Positions 40,201 through 55,089 are shown, counted from the stretch's first letter. The stretch: 64,000 bases of DNA from the human T2T-CHM13v2.0 reference genome, Homo sapiens (GCF_009914755.1 NC_060930.1); one strand, 5' to 3'. The notes: generated from the letters alone by a model not told the origin. Made by a program: numbers and translations.

Positions 40201-41650
40201 CAGAAAAAGATTTAAAAAGAACACTTCAAAAATAACATACATAAGGCAAATACCTAATTAGTATTCAAAATAATTAGTCATTAGACTAAAGCAAATTAAA
40301 ACCACATGGAGCAGTTTTTTCATTGCCCAAACTTGAAAGCAACCAAGATATCCTTCAGTTGGTGAATGGATAAATAAACCACAGTACATCTGCACAATGG
40401 AATATTATTCAATGCTAAAAAGAAATGAGCTATTAAGCCATGAAAAGACATGAAAGAAACTTAAATGTATATTATTAAATGAAAGAGGCCAATCTGAAAA
40501 GGCTACATACTGTTCAATTCCAACTATATGACATACTGGAAAAGATAAAACTATGGCAACAGTAAGAATATCAGTGCTTACCAGAGGATGGGGGGGTGGG
40601 GGGGTGGTGCCTAGATGGGGCATCAAGGATTTTTAAAGCAGTGAAACTGTTCCGTCTGCTACTACAATGGTGGATATTTGTCATTATACATTTGTCAAAT
40701 CCATCTAATGTACATCACCAGGAGTAAATCTAAATCCTAACGTAAGCTAATGATTTTGGGTGATAATGATGTGACAGTGGAGGCTCCTTGATTGTAGTAA
40801 ATGTATTACTCTCGTGTGGAATGTCAATGTTGAAGGAGGCTGTGCATGTGTTTGTAGGAGAGGGTACGTGGGAACTGGCTGTATTTTTTGCTCAAATTTG
40901 ATGTGAATCTAAAACTGATCTAAAAAATAAAATCTATTACAAAAAACACAAGGTGCTGCTACACACATGTCAGATTGTCTAAATAAAAAGTCTGACCATA
41001 TGAACTGTTGATGCAGTTGTAAAGGAATTAGAGCTCATATACTGTTGCTGGGAACGTCCAATTTTAAAAACACTTTGGAAAACAGTTTGACAGTTTCCAA
41101 AATGTTAAACAACTACCGCCTGACCCAGCCATTCCACTCTTGGATATTTACCCGAGAAATGAGAGCCTTTTCCATACAAAGACTTATACACAAGTGGTTA
41201 TAGTACCTTTAATTTTAGTAGCCCAAAATGGAAACAATCCAAACGCCCATCATTGGTTGAATGTATAAACAAATTGTGGTATAGCCACACAATTAAATAC
41301 TATTCAGCATTAGAGAATAACAAAATATTAATACACAAAACAACATGGATTGCACTGAATGGACACAGCAGGAATGTGTTATTTTGTAGTTCCATTTATA
41401 TGAAATTCTAGAAAATACAAACTATTCTATAGTGACAGAAAGTGATTAATGGTTGCCTGAGATGGGGATGGCCATGGAGGGGTAGGAGAAAGGTATTGGA
41501 AAGAAACACTTTGCAGATGTTGGAAATGTTAATTATATTGAAGGTAGTAATTGTTTTATGATGTATCCATATATTAGGATTTATCAAATTGTATACTAAA
41601 ATTAAGTGCAGGTCGTTGTATGTCAATAATCTTCAATAAAGCTGTCAAAA
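40200..41650 (+). mobile_element. L1ME 3' region, interrupted by L1MC1/2
   Basis: gcaaattaaaaccac...; cactttggaaaacagtttgacagtt; cttcaataaagctg. Confidence 0.72.
40318..40945 (+). mobile_element. L1MC1/2-like 3' end
   Basis: aaatgagctattaagccatgaaaagacatg..gaaacttaaatg; gccaatctgaaaaggctacatactg; degenerate TSD aaaaccacatggagcag/aaaaacacaaggtgctg. Confidence 0.85.
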
Positions 41651-42167
41651 AGAGACTTAATTGATTGATCTATTTAAGAAATTTGTCCTGGTTGTCTATA
41701 GTGTTAATAGCTATGTGATATTGACCTGCTGATGATTTTTAGAATAATTATTTGGTTCCATTTAGCACTTCAATTATTTGAGAAGATAATTGTGTAACTT
41801 CAGGTAAAGTTATGCAGAAATGTAGGAATGATGGATTCTGCCATTTATCCAGTGTTTTCAGGAATGCCCTCTAGTCAAAAAGCAAAAACTGTGTCGTGGA
41901 GGGTTAGTTGCTTTAGGGATTTTTGCAAGTAACAATATATTGAATTCATTGTTTTATTCAGTATTTTTCCAACATTAGGCCTCAGTAAAAATATTTTTGG
42001 CACTTTTATTAATTTTTTGTGCTATCTACAGATGGGCTAATTTCTGTGGGGCTTATAACATGTAGAGGTCATCATGTTCAGAGAGAAATGGTATGATGAT
42101 AATTTCATTCGAGAGAGAATCTGATAAAGCACAAGCTTAAGCTTTGTAGGCTCTTTTGACCCTCTTA

Positions 42168-42375
42168 ATAATAATAGCTAACATTTAGTGAGCACTTAAT
42201 ATGCACAATATATTCTTATTAAATCTTCTCTACAACCTCTTGAGATTTGCACTATAAATATCTTCACTTTACAGATGAGGACACAGAAGTTCAAAGAAAT
42301 TAAGCATCTTGCTCAAGAGAGAAGTAAGGAGCAAAATATCCCACCCAGGTGTGACTATGTACAGAACTGAGCTCT
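42168..42375 (-). mobile_element. MIR
   Basis: ataataatagctaacatttagtgagcactta...ttacagatgaggacacaga. Confidence 0.8.
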
Positions 42376-43440
42376 GTCTCTGTATATTTTATGTCTCCAT
42401 TTAATCACAGAAAATAAGTAATAGATATCAAGCTACAAATATTAAATTATTGGATCAAAATCATAGATGTTTTATGTAATGATGCTCTCATCATATAATT
42501 GATTTTATTCAACCACTTATTTATTTCTTTATGCCTACTACAAGAAATGCATAATTTCATAGGTTTGTAATATCTGATTCATTTCACATGATTTTGGAGA
42601 TAATAAACCTCTAGTCAAGGTCACCACAACCACCTATAGAATAACTTATCTCTTGGCTCCATTGCCTTCTCAGTTCTATGTCAGAGGAAAACTTTTATAA
42701 TTTGAGGAAAAAGAATAAATGGCTGTGAACAGAATCAGCTACAATTTTTTTAAAGATAACAAGTGATAACCCTCAGAGGCCTATCACCTCTGTATCACAG
42801 GGGCAGGTTACTTCATATGCACCTGAGGACCTATTGTTCTATCTGCGTGCTTCTCTCTAACTTTCCCTCTTTTGTATTTCTATCTCTCATCAGGTGTGTG
42901 CGTGTGTATGTGTGTTTCTTTCTTTTTTTCTTTCTGTTCTCTATTCCTCTGGGTCAGGTGTGAGACACAAATCTTTAAAATAGCTCTATTCAAGCCATTT
43001 TTCTGGCCACTAAAATTAAATTGAACCTCCCTGTCCCTTTCGCTCTGCTTCCCACATACTACCTAATTTACCACTGCCAGTGCCTCAGTGGGCTCCTGTC
43101 CACATGCTAGGGACATCTTACAGGTCTCCTTGTGCTACTGACCATCTCTGTGACCAGTCTGTCCCCTGTGAACTCAACGAGGCTTCACTTTATAGCCTCC
43201 CTCTACCTCACACACAGTACCACTGGTACTCTTGTTATCACTTCATTTCGTCCAATACAAACAAGATGTAATGGTAACTTACATATTTTCCTCCCTTGCT
43301 TTTCTTTTAATTTTTACTTTCTGTCTCTGTTACTTGTTCCTCTACCATTTTCTTATTTTCTTCCTCTCTCATTTCCTTTGATTATGATATATTATTAAAA
43401 TATTCTAAGTTATTTAAATTTAAAGTTATGTTCCCTATTC

Positions 43441-43733
43441 TTTTGTTTGTTTGTTTGTTTTGAGACAGAGTCTTGCTCCGTCGTCCGGACTAGAGTGCAG
43501 TGGCATGAGCTCGGCTCACTGCAACCTTCACCTTCTGGGTTCAAGCGATTCTTGTGCCTCAGCCTCCTGAGTTGCTGGGATTCCAGGTGCCTACCACCGT
43601 ACCTGGTTAATTTTTGTATATTTTGTAGAGATGGGGTTTCACCATGTTTCCCAGGGTGGTCTCGAACTCCTGACCCACCCGCCTCAGTCTCCCAAAGTGC
43701 CGGGATTATAGGTGTTAGCCACTGTGCCTGGCC
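43441..43733 (-). mobile_element. AluS with a (TTTG)n tail
   Basis: Alu body; small deletion in the left arm; degenerate TSD ccctattctt/tcctagtctt. Confidence 0.93.
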
Positions 43734-44007
43734 ATCCTAGTCTTAATTTAAAATTGTGTGAATCTGAATTGTTGCTCAAATCTGGTATATATTCCTATTT
43801 TGTATTCAAAATGAGGCAACCCTGAAGTTTTATGTTGCTTTCATCTCAAAATAATAAATAACCCCCTTAATTGGTTAATAGATTTATTTATGTAAATATG
43901 ACACTTTATTTGTGTTGGACATAGGCCATGAGTCATAAACTATTATATAATATATAATACCTGCACTTATTATTTATGAGAATCAAAATTTCTTTCAAGG
44001 GAACTAT

Positions 44008-45367
44008 TACATATGTATACATGTGTCATGTTGGTGTGCTGCACCCATTAACTCATCATTTACACTAGGTATATCTCCTAATGCTATCCCTCCCCCATTC
44101 CTGCACCCCACAATGGGCCCTGGTGTGTGATGTTCCCCACCCTGAGTCCAAGTGTTCTCATTCCCACCTATGAGTGAGAACATGTGGTGTTTGATTTTCT
44201 GTCCTTGTGATAGTTTGCTCAGAGTGATGTTTTCCAGCTTCATCCATGTCCCTACAAAAGACATGAACTCATCAATTTTTATGGCTGCATAGTATTCCAT
44301 GGTGTATATGTGCCACATTTTCTTAATCTAGTCTATCATTGTTGGACATTTGGGTTGGCCCCAAGTCTTTGTTATTGTGAATAGTGCTGCAATAAACACA
44401 CGTGTGCATGTGTCTTTATAGCAGCATGATTTATAATCCTTTGGGTATATACCCAGTAATGGGATGGCTGAGTCAAATGGTATTTCTAGTTCTAGATCCT
44501 TGAGGAATCACCACAGTGTTTTCCACAATGGTTGAACAAGTTTACAGTGGCACCAACAGCGTAAAAGTTTTCCTTTTTCTCCACATCCTTTCTAGCACCT
44601 GTTGTTTCCTGACTTTTTAATGATTGCCATTCTAACTGGTGTGAGATGCTATCTCACTGTGGTTTTGATTTGCATTTCTCTGATGGCCAGTGATCATGAG
44701 CAATTTTTCATGTGTTTCTTGGCTGCATAAATGTCTTCTTTTGAGAAGTGTCTGTTCATATCCTTTGCTCACTTGTTGATGGGTTTGTTTGATTTTTTCT
44801 TGTAAATTTGCTTTAAGTTCTTTGAAGATTCTGGATATTAGCCCTTTGTCAGATGGGTAGATTGTAAAAATTTTCTCCCATTCTGTAGGTTGCCTGTTCA
44901 CTCTGATGGTAGTTTCTTTTGCTGTGCAGAAGCTCTTTAGTTTAATTAGATCCCATTTGTCTATTTTGGCTTTTGTTGCCATGGCTTTTGGTGTTTTAGT
45001 CATGAAGTCCTTGCCCATGCCTATGTCCTGAGTGGTATTGCCTAGGTTTTCTTCTAGGGTTCTTACGGTTTTAGGTCTAACATTTAAGTCTTTAATCCAT
45101 CTTGAATTGATTTTTGTATAAGGTGTAAGGAAGGGATCCAGTTTCAGCTTTCTACATATGGCTATCCAGTTTTCCCAGCACCATTTATTAAATAGGGAAT
45201 CATTTCCCCATTTATTGTTTTTGTCAGATTTGTCAAAGATCAGATGTTTGTAGATGTGTGGTATTATTTCTGAGGGCTGTGTTCTGTTCCATTGGTCTAT
45301 ATCTTTGTTTTGGTATCAGTACCATGCTGTTTTGGTTACTGTAGCCTTGTAGTATAGTTTGAAGTCA
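44008..45367 (-). mobile_element. L1PA (about L1PA5/6) 3' 1.36 kb, lacking poly(A)
   Basis: ORF 44632-45018 begins with ORF2 sequence ([30 protein letters not shown]); TSD tcaagg(g)aactatt. Confidence 0.95.
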
Positions 45368-45520
45368 AGGAACTATTTTGTTACAACTTATAATTCTGTA
45401 ACATTCTGCAACCATTCTCTCTCTAAACATGGTGTAATTCTGAATTGTCAGAGGCACACCTTATTATGAGCACATCTAGTATGTGAAAAATGTATTTAAA
45501 AAAGAATTAAAGTAGTAATT

Positions 45521-45842
45521 TTGTTGTTGTTGTTGTTGTTGTATTGTTTGAGTCAGGGTCTCACTCTGTTACCCAGGCTGCAGTGCAGTGGCACCATCTT
45601 GCCTCAAAGCAACGTCCATCTCCTGGGCTCAAGCAATCCTCTCACCTCAGCCTCCTGAGTAGCTAGGACCACAAACAGGTACCTCCATGCCCAGCTCTTT
45701 TTTTTTTTTTCTTGTGTATTTTTAGAAGAGATGGGGTCTCACCATATTGCCCAGGCTGGTCTCAAACTCCTGAGTTCAAGCAATCCTCCTGCCTCAGCCC
45801 CCTAAGTGCTGGGATTACAGGCTTGAGCCACTGGGCCAAGCT
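45521..45842 (-). mobile_element. AluJ with a (TTG)n tail
   Basis: gggtctcactctg, ctcctgggctcaagcaatcctc (J diagnostics); TSD aagtagtaatt (45510 and 45843). Confidence 0.92.
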
Positions 45843-46930
45843 AAGTAGTAATTCTTAAGCTAGAGATGGATGTCTGTATATCTGCGTGGATATGTGTGCT
45901 TTCATATTATCTTGCTATGAGATACTGCATAAACCAAAGCATATAGAAATAGGCATAATATGGTAATTATGGCATAGATTATATAGCTTATTTTACAGAT
46001 TATATGATGACATATTTATAATTCTAAAGATGTGTCTGTTATAAATAAGTATTGCAACTAGAATTGTCTTCTTTTTAGCTTCAATGTCATCCAAACTTGC
46101 AAATCCACATTTTACTTTTCCAATATTCATTTGAATCAATATAAATTTGTTAATTTTAGATCAGATGGAATAAAAAGCTGCAGGCTCTTTGAATTATTTC
46201 CTCAGAGGGAGTGAATTGGTGTTATCAGGTAGGCATAAAGTCAGCCTTGAAGAAAAGCTACCAGATCTATAATCTTCACTCCATGCCTCCATATTAGGCA
46301 GCTTCAAGCAACACATTTAACTTCTCCTAGCCTTTATTTCCTCATATTTAGAAGGGGAGAGATGAAAATTCAGTTGTAGAATAGTGGTCCTCAGACCTTG
46401 GTGGGCAGAAAAAAAAAATCCACTAAAAAGTAATGTAATAAATGGGGAAAAAGTTGTAGTTATTCCTGGCCTAGCCCTCAGAGATTTTATTTTATTTTTA
46501 TTTTTTGACTCGGCAGTCCTTGTTGAAACATTTCAGGTGGCTCTGACAGAGATGAAACTTGGGCTTTGAAGAACACTTCATGCTCTTGTGAAGAGTTAAT
46601 GAATAAAATCACTTACTGCATAGTGGATACTTGTAAAGGAATTATGACACCAAGTTTTAGACCATGTAATTTGTGGAAATACACTAAAATAGGGAATCCT
46701 AAAGGTATAATCCACAATACTTGCTATGGAGATTCCAAGGAAAAAGACATTTCACCATTTGAAATATAGAGTTACATGGAACAGGCACTAAATAATACAT
46801 TTTTTAAATTAAAAAATCTTAATTTGGAAAGTATAGGATTCAAATTAGATCAATGTTATTCTAATAATGACAAGTCAGAAGCAACACAACAATGAGGACA
46901 GGAACAAAATTAAGGAATATTAAAAAATAG

Positions 46931-47304
<374 letters not shown>

Positions 47305-47518
47305 AGAATATATGTTTTACATATATAAAACATATGTATATGTCTATAAAATTTTGGCTTTATTAAATGTAATCAAACAAATACAGCAAGAGCAATAATG
47401 GGAAAACATAGCAAAATTACCCTGCAAATTGGAAAGAATTATATACATATAGCTAAAGAGAAATTATGGAAAAATTATTTCAAGGGACAAAAATAATGTA
47501 AATTGTTAAGACAACATA

Positions 47519-47862
47519 TGGAATACTATGCAGCCATGAAAAAAGAATGAGTTCATGTCCTTGGCAGGGACATGGATGAAGCTGGAAACCATCATTCTCA
47601 GCAAACTAACACGAGAACAGAAAACCAAACGCCGCATGTTCTCACTCATAAGTGGGAGCTGAACAATGAGAACACATGGAAACAGGGAGGGGACTATGAC
47701 ACACTGGGGCCTGTCGGGGGGTGGAGAGAGATAGCATTAGGAGAAATACCTAAGGTAGATGATGGGGTGATAGGTGCAGCAAACCACCATGGCATGTGTA
47801 TACCTATGTAACAAAACTGCACGTTCTACAAATGTATCCCAGAACTTAAAGTATAAAAAAAG
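47519..47862 (+). mobile_element. L1PA (about L1PA7) 3' end, about 340 bp
   Basis: L1 3'UTR; TSD taaga[c/t]aacata (47507-47518 and 47863-47874). Confidence 0.93.
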
Positions 47863-48253
47863 TAAGATAACATAGTTAAAGTAACTATTTTGTTAAAGTT
47901 ATGCATAACAATGCAAGTTGAGACAATTTTAATGACTGACTTTACACCTGCTAATCTAACACAATTCATTAACTGTTTTGCCAGACTATGTGGAAGTATG
48001 CATATGTTTAGATATGTTAATGGTTTGTGAGTTTATTTGGTTATTCTGGAGACTAAACAGACAATATATAATAAAGATGATGAAATACTTTGATAAAAAG
48101 GTATAGAAATGCTCTCTGGTCAATTATTTGAAAATATATACCAATGAAACATCCTAAAATATAAAAAGGTGGTCATAGGCATCCATAATATTGAAAAAAG
48201 AAACCCTTCTAGAGGCCTTCTGTGTAGGCAACATCATAGTAAAAGAAAAATGA

Positions 48254-48567
<314 letters not shown>

Positions 48568-49097
48568 TGAAGAAATTCAGTTGGTAGAATGCAATATAGC
48601 CATTAAATAAGTTAATATATTTTTAGAAAAAAATATTCTCTTGAAGCGGAACTGATACATTGATGTAACATATCCAAAAATTATAACTATTTAAGATCAC
48701 TAGTTTCACGATTTATCCTTTTTCCACTATTAATATTTAATGTTTGGCAAATAATTTAAAGTACGCTGGAATTATTTTAAATTGTGTATAATAATATGTA
48801 AGGTGTTTTAGAAAAATTAAACTCTTATTTGTACAACACCGTTTTACAATTCCAACTGAATAATACTGATTAAGACTTAACTGTGTGATACCTGGCTTAG
48901 TGTTTTCTTCCTGATATTAGAGCTAGATTTAGGGCTACAGGATTGATTGCTTCAGGTGATTTATTAATTTAGTAAAGCAATTAGCTTGTTGATTGTTTTC
49001 ATTGAATCAATTAATTGTTGGAAAAAATAACCAAATTCATTTAATTGTTTGCTGACATAGCCCTAATCATCTTAACTTTCTTTCTTTGTTTTCCAAG

Positions 49098-49157
49098 TGA
49101 GAAATTGGATCTCAGCCACAGAAATCATGTGAGGATACAGCAACAGGAAAAGGAAAG
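49098..49157 (+). other. Weak candidate 60-nt exon
   Basis: cttaactttctttctttgttttccaag|TGAG...GGAAAG|gtactt; one frame is open (EKLDLSHRNHVRIQQQEKE). Confidence 0.15.
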
Positions 49158-52100
49158 GTACTTTTAGCTCAGCTGATATTGTCTGTGGTTAGCTCCTGAG
49201 CTATATTGAATTAAAAAATAATAATTATAAACACTTAACAATGTTCATCACATTTCCGCTATGACAAAAACGTGACACTTCACTCTTAGCTAAAAAAGAC
49301 AGCACAATTTCAGGTATAAGAGTAACCAAATCTCAGAAAGTGTTTCAATTGCTACATATTATGAATACCAGAGTCTCTAATTATTCCATTTGCAATATGT
49401 AAAGTTGCTTTGTTCATGATAGCAAATAACAGCTTGGCAAGAACAATCCAGTTATTGGTATCTCTGAGTGAAAAATTAGTTTTCTATACACTTTACAAAA
49501 ATGTCTGCCTGAATTAAAGAAATATTTCTAGAACAAAATCTCCTACAAGTCTATCAATGGATGAAGCTCTCCTACTATATTTGTAACATTATTGTTCTCA
49601 ATATTAAAATATATGAGAGAGAAACAGAAGTTACCAAAACAACAGAAAACATCTATATCTCTATATTTCTATTTCTCTTTATAAATTCTGTCTTGTAAGG
49701 GTGGTGTGATTTTTCAAATGGCATTAATTCTATTAGCATTGGTTGGGTTGTGATGCAAAAATTTGGGAAACGTTTATGACTCCCATAGTGTAGACCCAAA
49801 ATTATCAGTGGTGAGTAATACATTCAAGAATATCACTGATGCTAAGGTACAGATTGCTCATGTTTTCCTCTTCAGTTCTCAAAAGAGAACATTTTAAGCT
49901 TCAGAAGCATGAATGAAGCAGGCATGGGAGTTGGAAGTCTTTTGTGTTATTAGTTAACATAACTATTCCTTTGTACAGTGCAGGATTTGGGAAGAAAAAC
50001 CTTAATAAGAAGTTTTTGTCTAAACCATTAAAACAGTTATCATCAGTTCTCAGTGACAATTGTTATATTTAAGAATCCAAACAAATAGACAAAATTGGTG
50101 TCTGCCTTGTTATCCCAAAAATAATTGAGGTCTTCTCCTGATAGGATACACTTCCTATATCCTCATAAACTTTATGGGTTTTGGGTCAAAGCTGAAATCA
50201 ATAATAAAAAACCCATGTAGCTCAACTATTGTTGCTAGAAAAGACAATATGAAAATATTTAATCTTGACTTGGTTGATAATGTCATAGTGTGTAAAAAGA
50301 AAATCATAGGTGAGTGGGTGGGGCAATCACTGAAGTCCTTTCATATTATTCATATTATTGACCTCATGCTTTTTGGAGAAGGGACTGGATCCCAATTTCA
50401 ATACCAAATGAACTACACTGAGCTGAGATAGGGATGACGGGAGGTAGGCCAATGTTAGCTCCATTTGAAAATGAAGTAAATGTTTGGAATTTCAAGTGTG
50501 CCTTCTTTAGGTGTTTCTCAAAAATTGTAACTGGAATTTATTGCAGATAATACCCATGTGATAATTTTGTTATTAGTTCACATAAGTAGACTACAAAAAG
50601 CTGTTAATATTGTTTTTAATGGCATGCATTTTATTTACATTTGAAAAACCATTCCACATACATGGTGCAAATGTTTTGGTATGCATATAGAATTTGAAGC
50701 CTCTTACACTAACCCTGGTGTTCACATGTTGAAAATTCCTCCTGCATATCTTTAGTAAGGAAGAATTTTGCAAAATAATGCTAATTTGAAGTGTCCATTC
50801 ATCACAAGTTTTTCTCCAAAGAGAATTTTAAAGACTGCTTTGTTAAGCATGAATATAACATTCAAATTAAAAGATTTTATTAAATAATGAACAGGTGATG
50901 ATATTCAAACGAGGAGATGATATTGGAGAGGAGTATGGTGCCCTGCATTATGAATAGGTGGGAGAATGGGAGTCCAGAATATAACTAAAAAGTGAGAATG
51001 TAAAAACTATGAAGGCTTTAGCTATTATCACAGCATGGGGGCTAGGAAAGCTTATGGTTTTGAAGCACAAAAGTAAAATTTTGGAAGGAAGGCCTAAGGT
51101 AAAATTTTTGAAGTGTACCTGTGTATATAATCTTGTAAATTCTCTATTCATGTCCCTCTGAAGTCTTTGGTGTATTGCTTATAGATTCTTTGGGTAGAAG
51201 GGAATTCTATAATATAAATGATCCAGTTTGGCAAGAGCAAAAAAAAAAAACAAAAAAAAAACAAACAAAAAAAAAAAACCAAAAAAATGCTTTCCCTGGA
51301 AACATGTCGTCTAGGAATGACACCAGATATGACCGAGTGGAGGCTTTTCATATTCTTCCCTTTTACTGCTTAGTTCTGAGAGTGAATACCGTGATTGATA
51401 TTCACAGAAAGCACTGTACACTGTAATTGATAACCTTCATGAATCTTTTTGCTTTTTGCTTTTTTGGGGATGGGTCAAATGAGAACAAACATTTCAAAGC
51501 CTTAAAGATTTCAAATAAAAGTAAAGGGCTTTCTTTCTTGAAGTGGGTCCCATGGAAATTCAGTATTTTTAGGCTAGATAGGATAAATAAAATAACAATC
51601 TAACATGATCAAGATTTATAAGTTTTAATTTAAGGTAAATGCCTCTGTTGTAATATGTAATAATGCAAGGTAATTATATCTAATATGAATAAAATATACA
51701 AGTATATAGGCATAAATCATTATTTAAACAAGAGTACCTCATTTTGCAGACATACTTGATCATGGGTGAATATGCAAGTTTCCTGTTCTAATCTCATTTT
51801 TTAGGAGAAAAATATGTTATTCACAAAGTTTTTTATTTGGAAAACAATGATTTTTGATAGATGTAGCCCTACATTAGATTGTGTTTATGACATTTATTCA
51901 AGAGATGATTTTTTTTAACAAATTGTCAAGTAGCACTGTGAAGAGCAAGAACCAGTCTTGTATTTACCAGGAACATTTCATCTCACCAGAAATGCAGATT
52001 GATATTGGAACCAAACATAAAGAGGATCTTAGACAGAGAGCCATTGATCAGTATAGTGCTGTGGGAATCGAAAGAGGCCCTAAAGTCTTGTTGAAATAAT

Positions 52101-53261
52101 CCTAATAAATGAAACTCATTTGGGAAATAGTAAAATGGTTTTCTCTTTCATAAAGCACTATTGCCTCTTGGCCAGTGTTTTGCAAGGAATGGTGTGTATC
52201 AGGAATACTTAGGAGAGCTTTAAATATAGTTGTTCAATTTCTATTCCGGAAAAGCTGATTCAAAAGGTCTAGGGTAACCAGGCAGGTGGTGGGCAGAATG
52301 TATAAGAAGACACTACTAGAGGCTTCTAAGATGATGGCCATGCCATTTCTCCTCCAAATTAGGAACTTTGATTGCTCTGGGCCTCAATCAGTAGTTCTTG
52401 GAGAGAATGGGCTAGCTGGCTGATTCATCATTCAAAACTAAAGGTAGCAACAGTTAAAGTGTCAGAATGTTTTTTGCTTTTAAGAGAAGTATCCACAAAA
52501 TATTAATATTGACTTAGGATACTTTTTAAAGTAAAGAATCTCAGAGATTATGCTTTGAGGCCTTAAATTATAAGGTGCTTTCCCCAATCTCTACCCTATT
52601 TCTTTATAAAGTTGGTTGCATTAAATGTCTGACACACTAAAAACTACATGTTTTCCAGAATTTTTGCTGGAATTTTTTCCAAGAAATTATAAAGACAGCA
52701 AGATAGAGACAACTTGTTTCACTAAAACCAGTTTTTTAAACATATATTATATTAACATATGTAATAAGTAATAACATAGGTAAAATATAGTTATAACATG
52801 TGTAACAAATTTTTACAAATGTTCTGTTAACTTCCAGAATGTCTTGCACCCAAAAGCAAAAGAGGTGCCACCTGGTACAAATCACAAGACTTGTAATCCT
52901 CAGCCATACTATTATTGGTGCTCCATTGAGTAATCTGATCTCAATATGTAGTAATTACTGTCTTTTCATAGAAGAGGCAATGGGCTGTACAAAAAAGGAC
53001 ATATAACACAGAAAAAAAAGTCAAGATCTTAATCTCATCCATGTGTTTCTTCTTTATGAGTCTCAAAACTGTGTCTCGAAAACTTTCAGCTCTACGTTAG
53101 TCATTTATAAAGTGTATTAAAATATATGCTTCACCTATTGATGAAATTATGATGTGTTCCAAAAAATAATGGATTTAAGTAGAATACATATAACTTTTAT
53201 GTTCATGAAAACACTAATACCAATTATGATAAAATAAAAGTATGTGGCTTATATTGTTTTT

Positions 53262-54150
53262 AATTTTTTTAAATTTTATTTTAGGTTTGGGGGTATGCGT
53301 GTAGGTTTGTTACCTATGTAAGCCCCTCTCCCGCCTACCACCTTCCCTGCTCTTGTAGACTCTAGTGCCTGTTGTTTTCTTCTTTTTGTTCATACTTTCT
53401 TATCATTTAGATTTCACTTATAAGTGAGAACATGCCGTGTTTGGTTTTCAGTTTCTGCATTAGTTTGCTAAGGATAATAGCCTCCAGCTCCATCCGTGTT
53501 CCCACAAAATACATGATCTCATTCTTTTTCTAAGGCTGCATAGTATTCCATGATGTATATGTAGCATGTTTTGTTTATCCAATCTGTCATTGATGGGCAT
53601 TTAGAGTTACTCCCTAAATTTTAGGGAAAATAAATAATAAAGACACATGCACACATATGTTCATTTCAGCACTATTCACAACAGCAAATCTTTGATTGAC
53701 TCTCTGTCAATAGCAAATCTTTGGTTTGCTATTGTGAATAGTGCTGCAATGAACATTGTGTGCATGTGTGTTTATGGTAGAATGATTTATATTCCTTTGG
53801 GTATATACCCAGTAATGGGATTGCTGGGTCAAATGGTATTTCTGGTTCTAGATCATTGAGGAATCATCACACTGTCTTCCACAATGGTCAAACTAATTTA
53901 CACTCCCACCAGCAGTGTAAAAGTGTTCCTATCTCTCTGCAGGCTTGCCAGCATCTGTTACTTTTTTGACTTTTTATTAATAGCCATTCTGACTGGCAGG
54001 AGATGGTATCTCATTGTGGTTTTGGTCTGCATTTCTCTAATGGTCAGTGATACCAAGCTTTCTTCATGTTCTTTTTGGCCACAGGTATATCTTCTTTTGA
54101 GAAGTGTCTGTTCATGTCCTTTCCTCACTTTTTAATGGGATTATTTTGTA
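53262..54150 (-). mobile_element. L1PA (old, about L1PA13-16) 3' end with an internal fold-back insertion
   Basis: Antisense 3'UTR and ORF2 C-terminus; extra ~120 bp at 53605-53724. Confidence 0.9.
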
Positions 54151-55089
54151 AACTATAAAAATTAAGTTGTTTTACATCCTTATTCTTTATATTTAAAACG
54201 TGATTAATATTTCTATAATTCTTTTCCATAAAAAGGAAAACATAAATTCTCACTCTACATAGTTAATCAAATTCCCATTCCCCGCTTCCGTAGCATTTTA
54301 TCTATCCTAAAGAACCAATCTACAGGCTGTTTCCTCACCCAAAAGCACTACTAGGAATTCTTATATTTATGTATGGCTTCATTCACCATGCAACAATCAT
54401 TGTTGCATCGATTTTCTGTAGTAATCTACTAACTGGTTGCAGTCTATGTTTTCAGCTCATTTTGCATAAAAAGAAACTGAGGTTCAGAAAGGTTAGGTGA
54501 GCCAATGGCTAGTAATAAAAAATGATGTCAGTAGATGTTTACTGAATCATATCAGATGTTTTTTCCCCAAACCTTATTTGAAGCAAATTTTTTTGTCTGT
54601 TTGTTTGTTTTTTATTGTGGCACTGAGAGTGTCCCCGGATTTACGTTTATCATTTCAGATATCAGATTCACTGAAACTTCTAAAAGTTTCACAATGTTAT
54701 TAATTATTATAACATAATATAGAAGAGCTTTATGTTCATAAGATTTACAAAGTGTTTTTTTTTTGTTTTCCAAAATGTTTTTATGAGCATATTAGTTTGT
54801 CTTCATCATCATGTAAAGTAAGCTCAAATTATACTAATGCCAAATCATTTAAGAAACATTCCTCCATTTACTCTAGGTTTTTGTGTGTCATATATAATTT
54901 GCATTTTGAAATATATGATAGAATTTCACTTAGAAAAACTTAGTACCTCTGTGTAATATCAAAAGCCTTTTCTAACTCTCTGTTATAAATAATGACCTTT
55001 TTTAGTGAGCTAACTTGGCCCAACAAACAATGCCCAATTGCCACAGTGGGTTTGGCTTCACTCTGTTGAGCACTCATGCATTAATATAT

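Noticed and set aside
42765-43260. Possible ancient ERVL-type LTR
   Set aside because: It has LTR-like composition and an aataca end, but I cannot assign a family from memory
44007-45018. ORFs of 103 and 128 aa
   Set aside because: They are frameshifted L1 ORF2/3'UTR pieces
51238-51287. Orphan A-rich tract as a poly(A)-only retroinsertion
   Set aside because: No convincing TSD or element body
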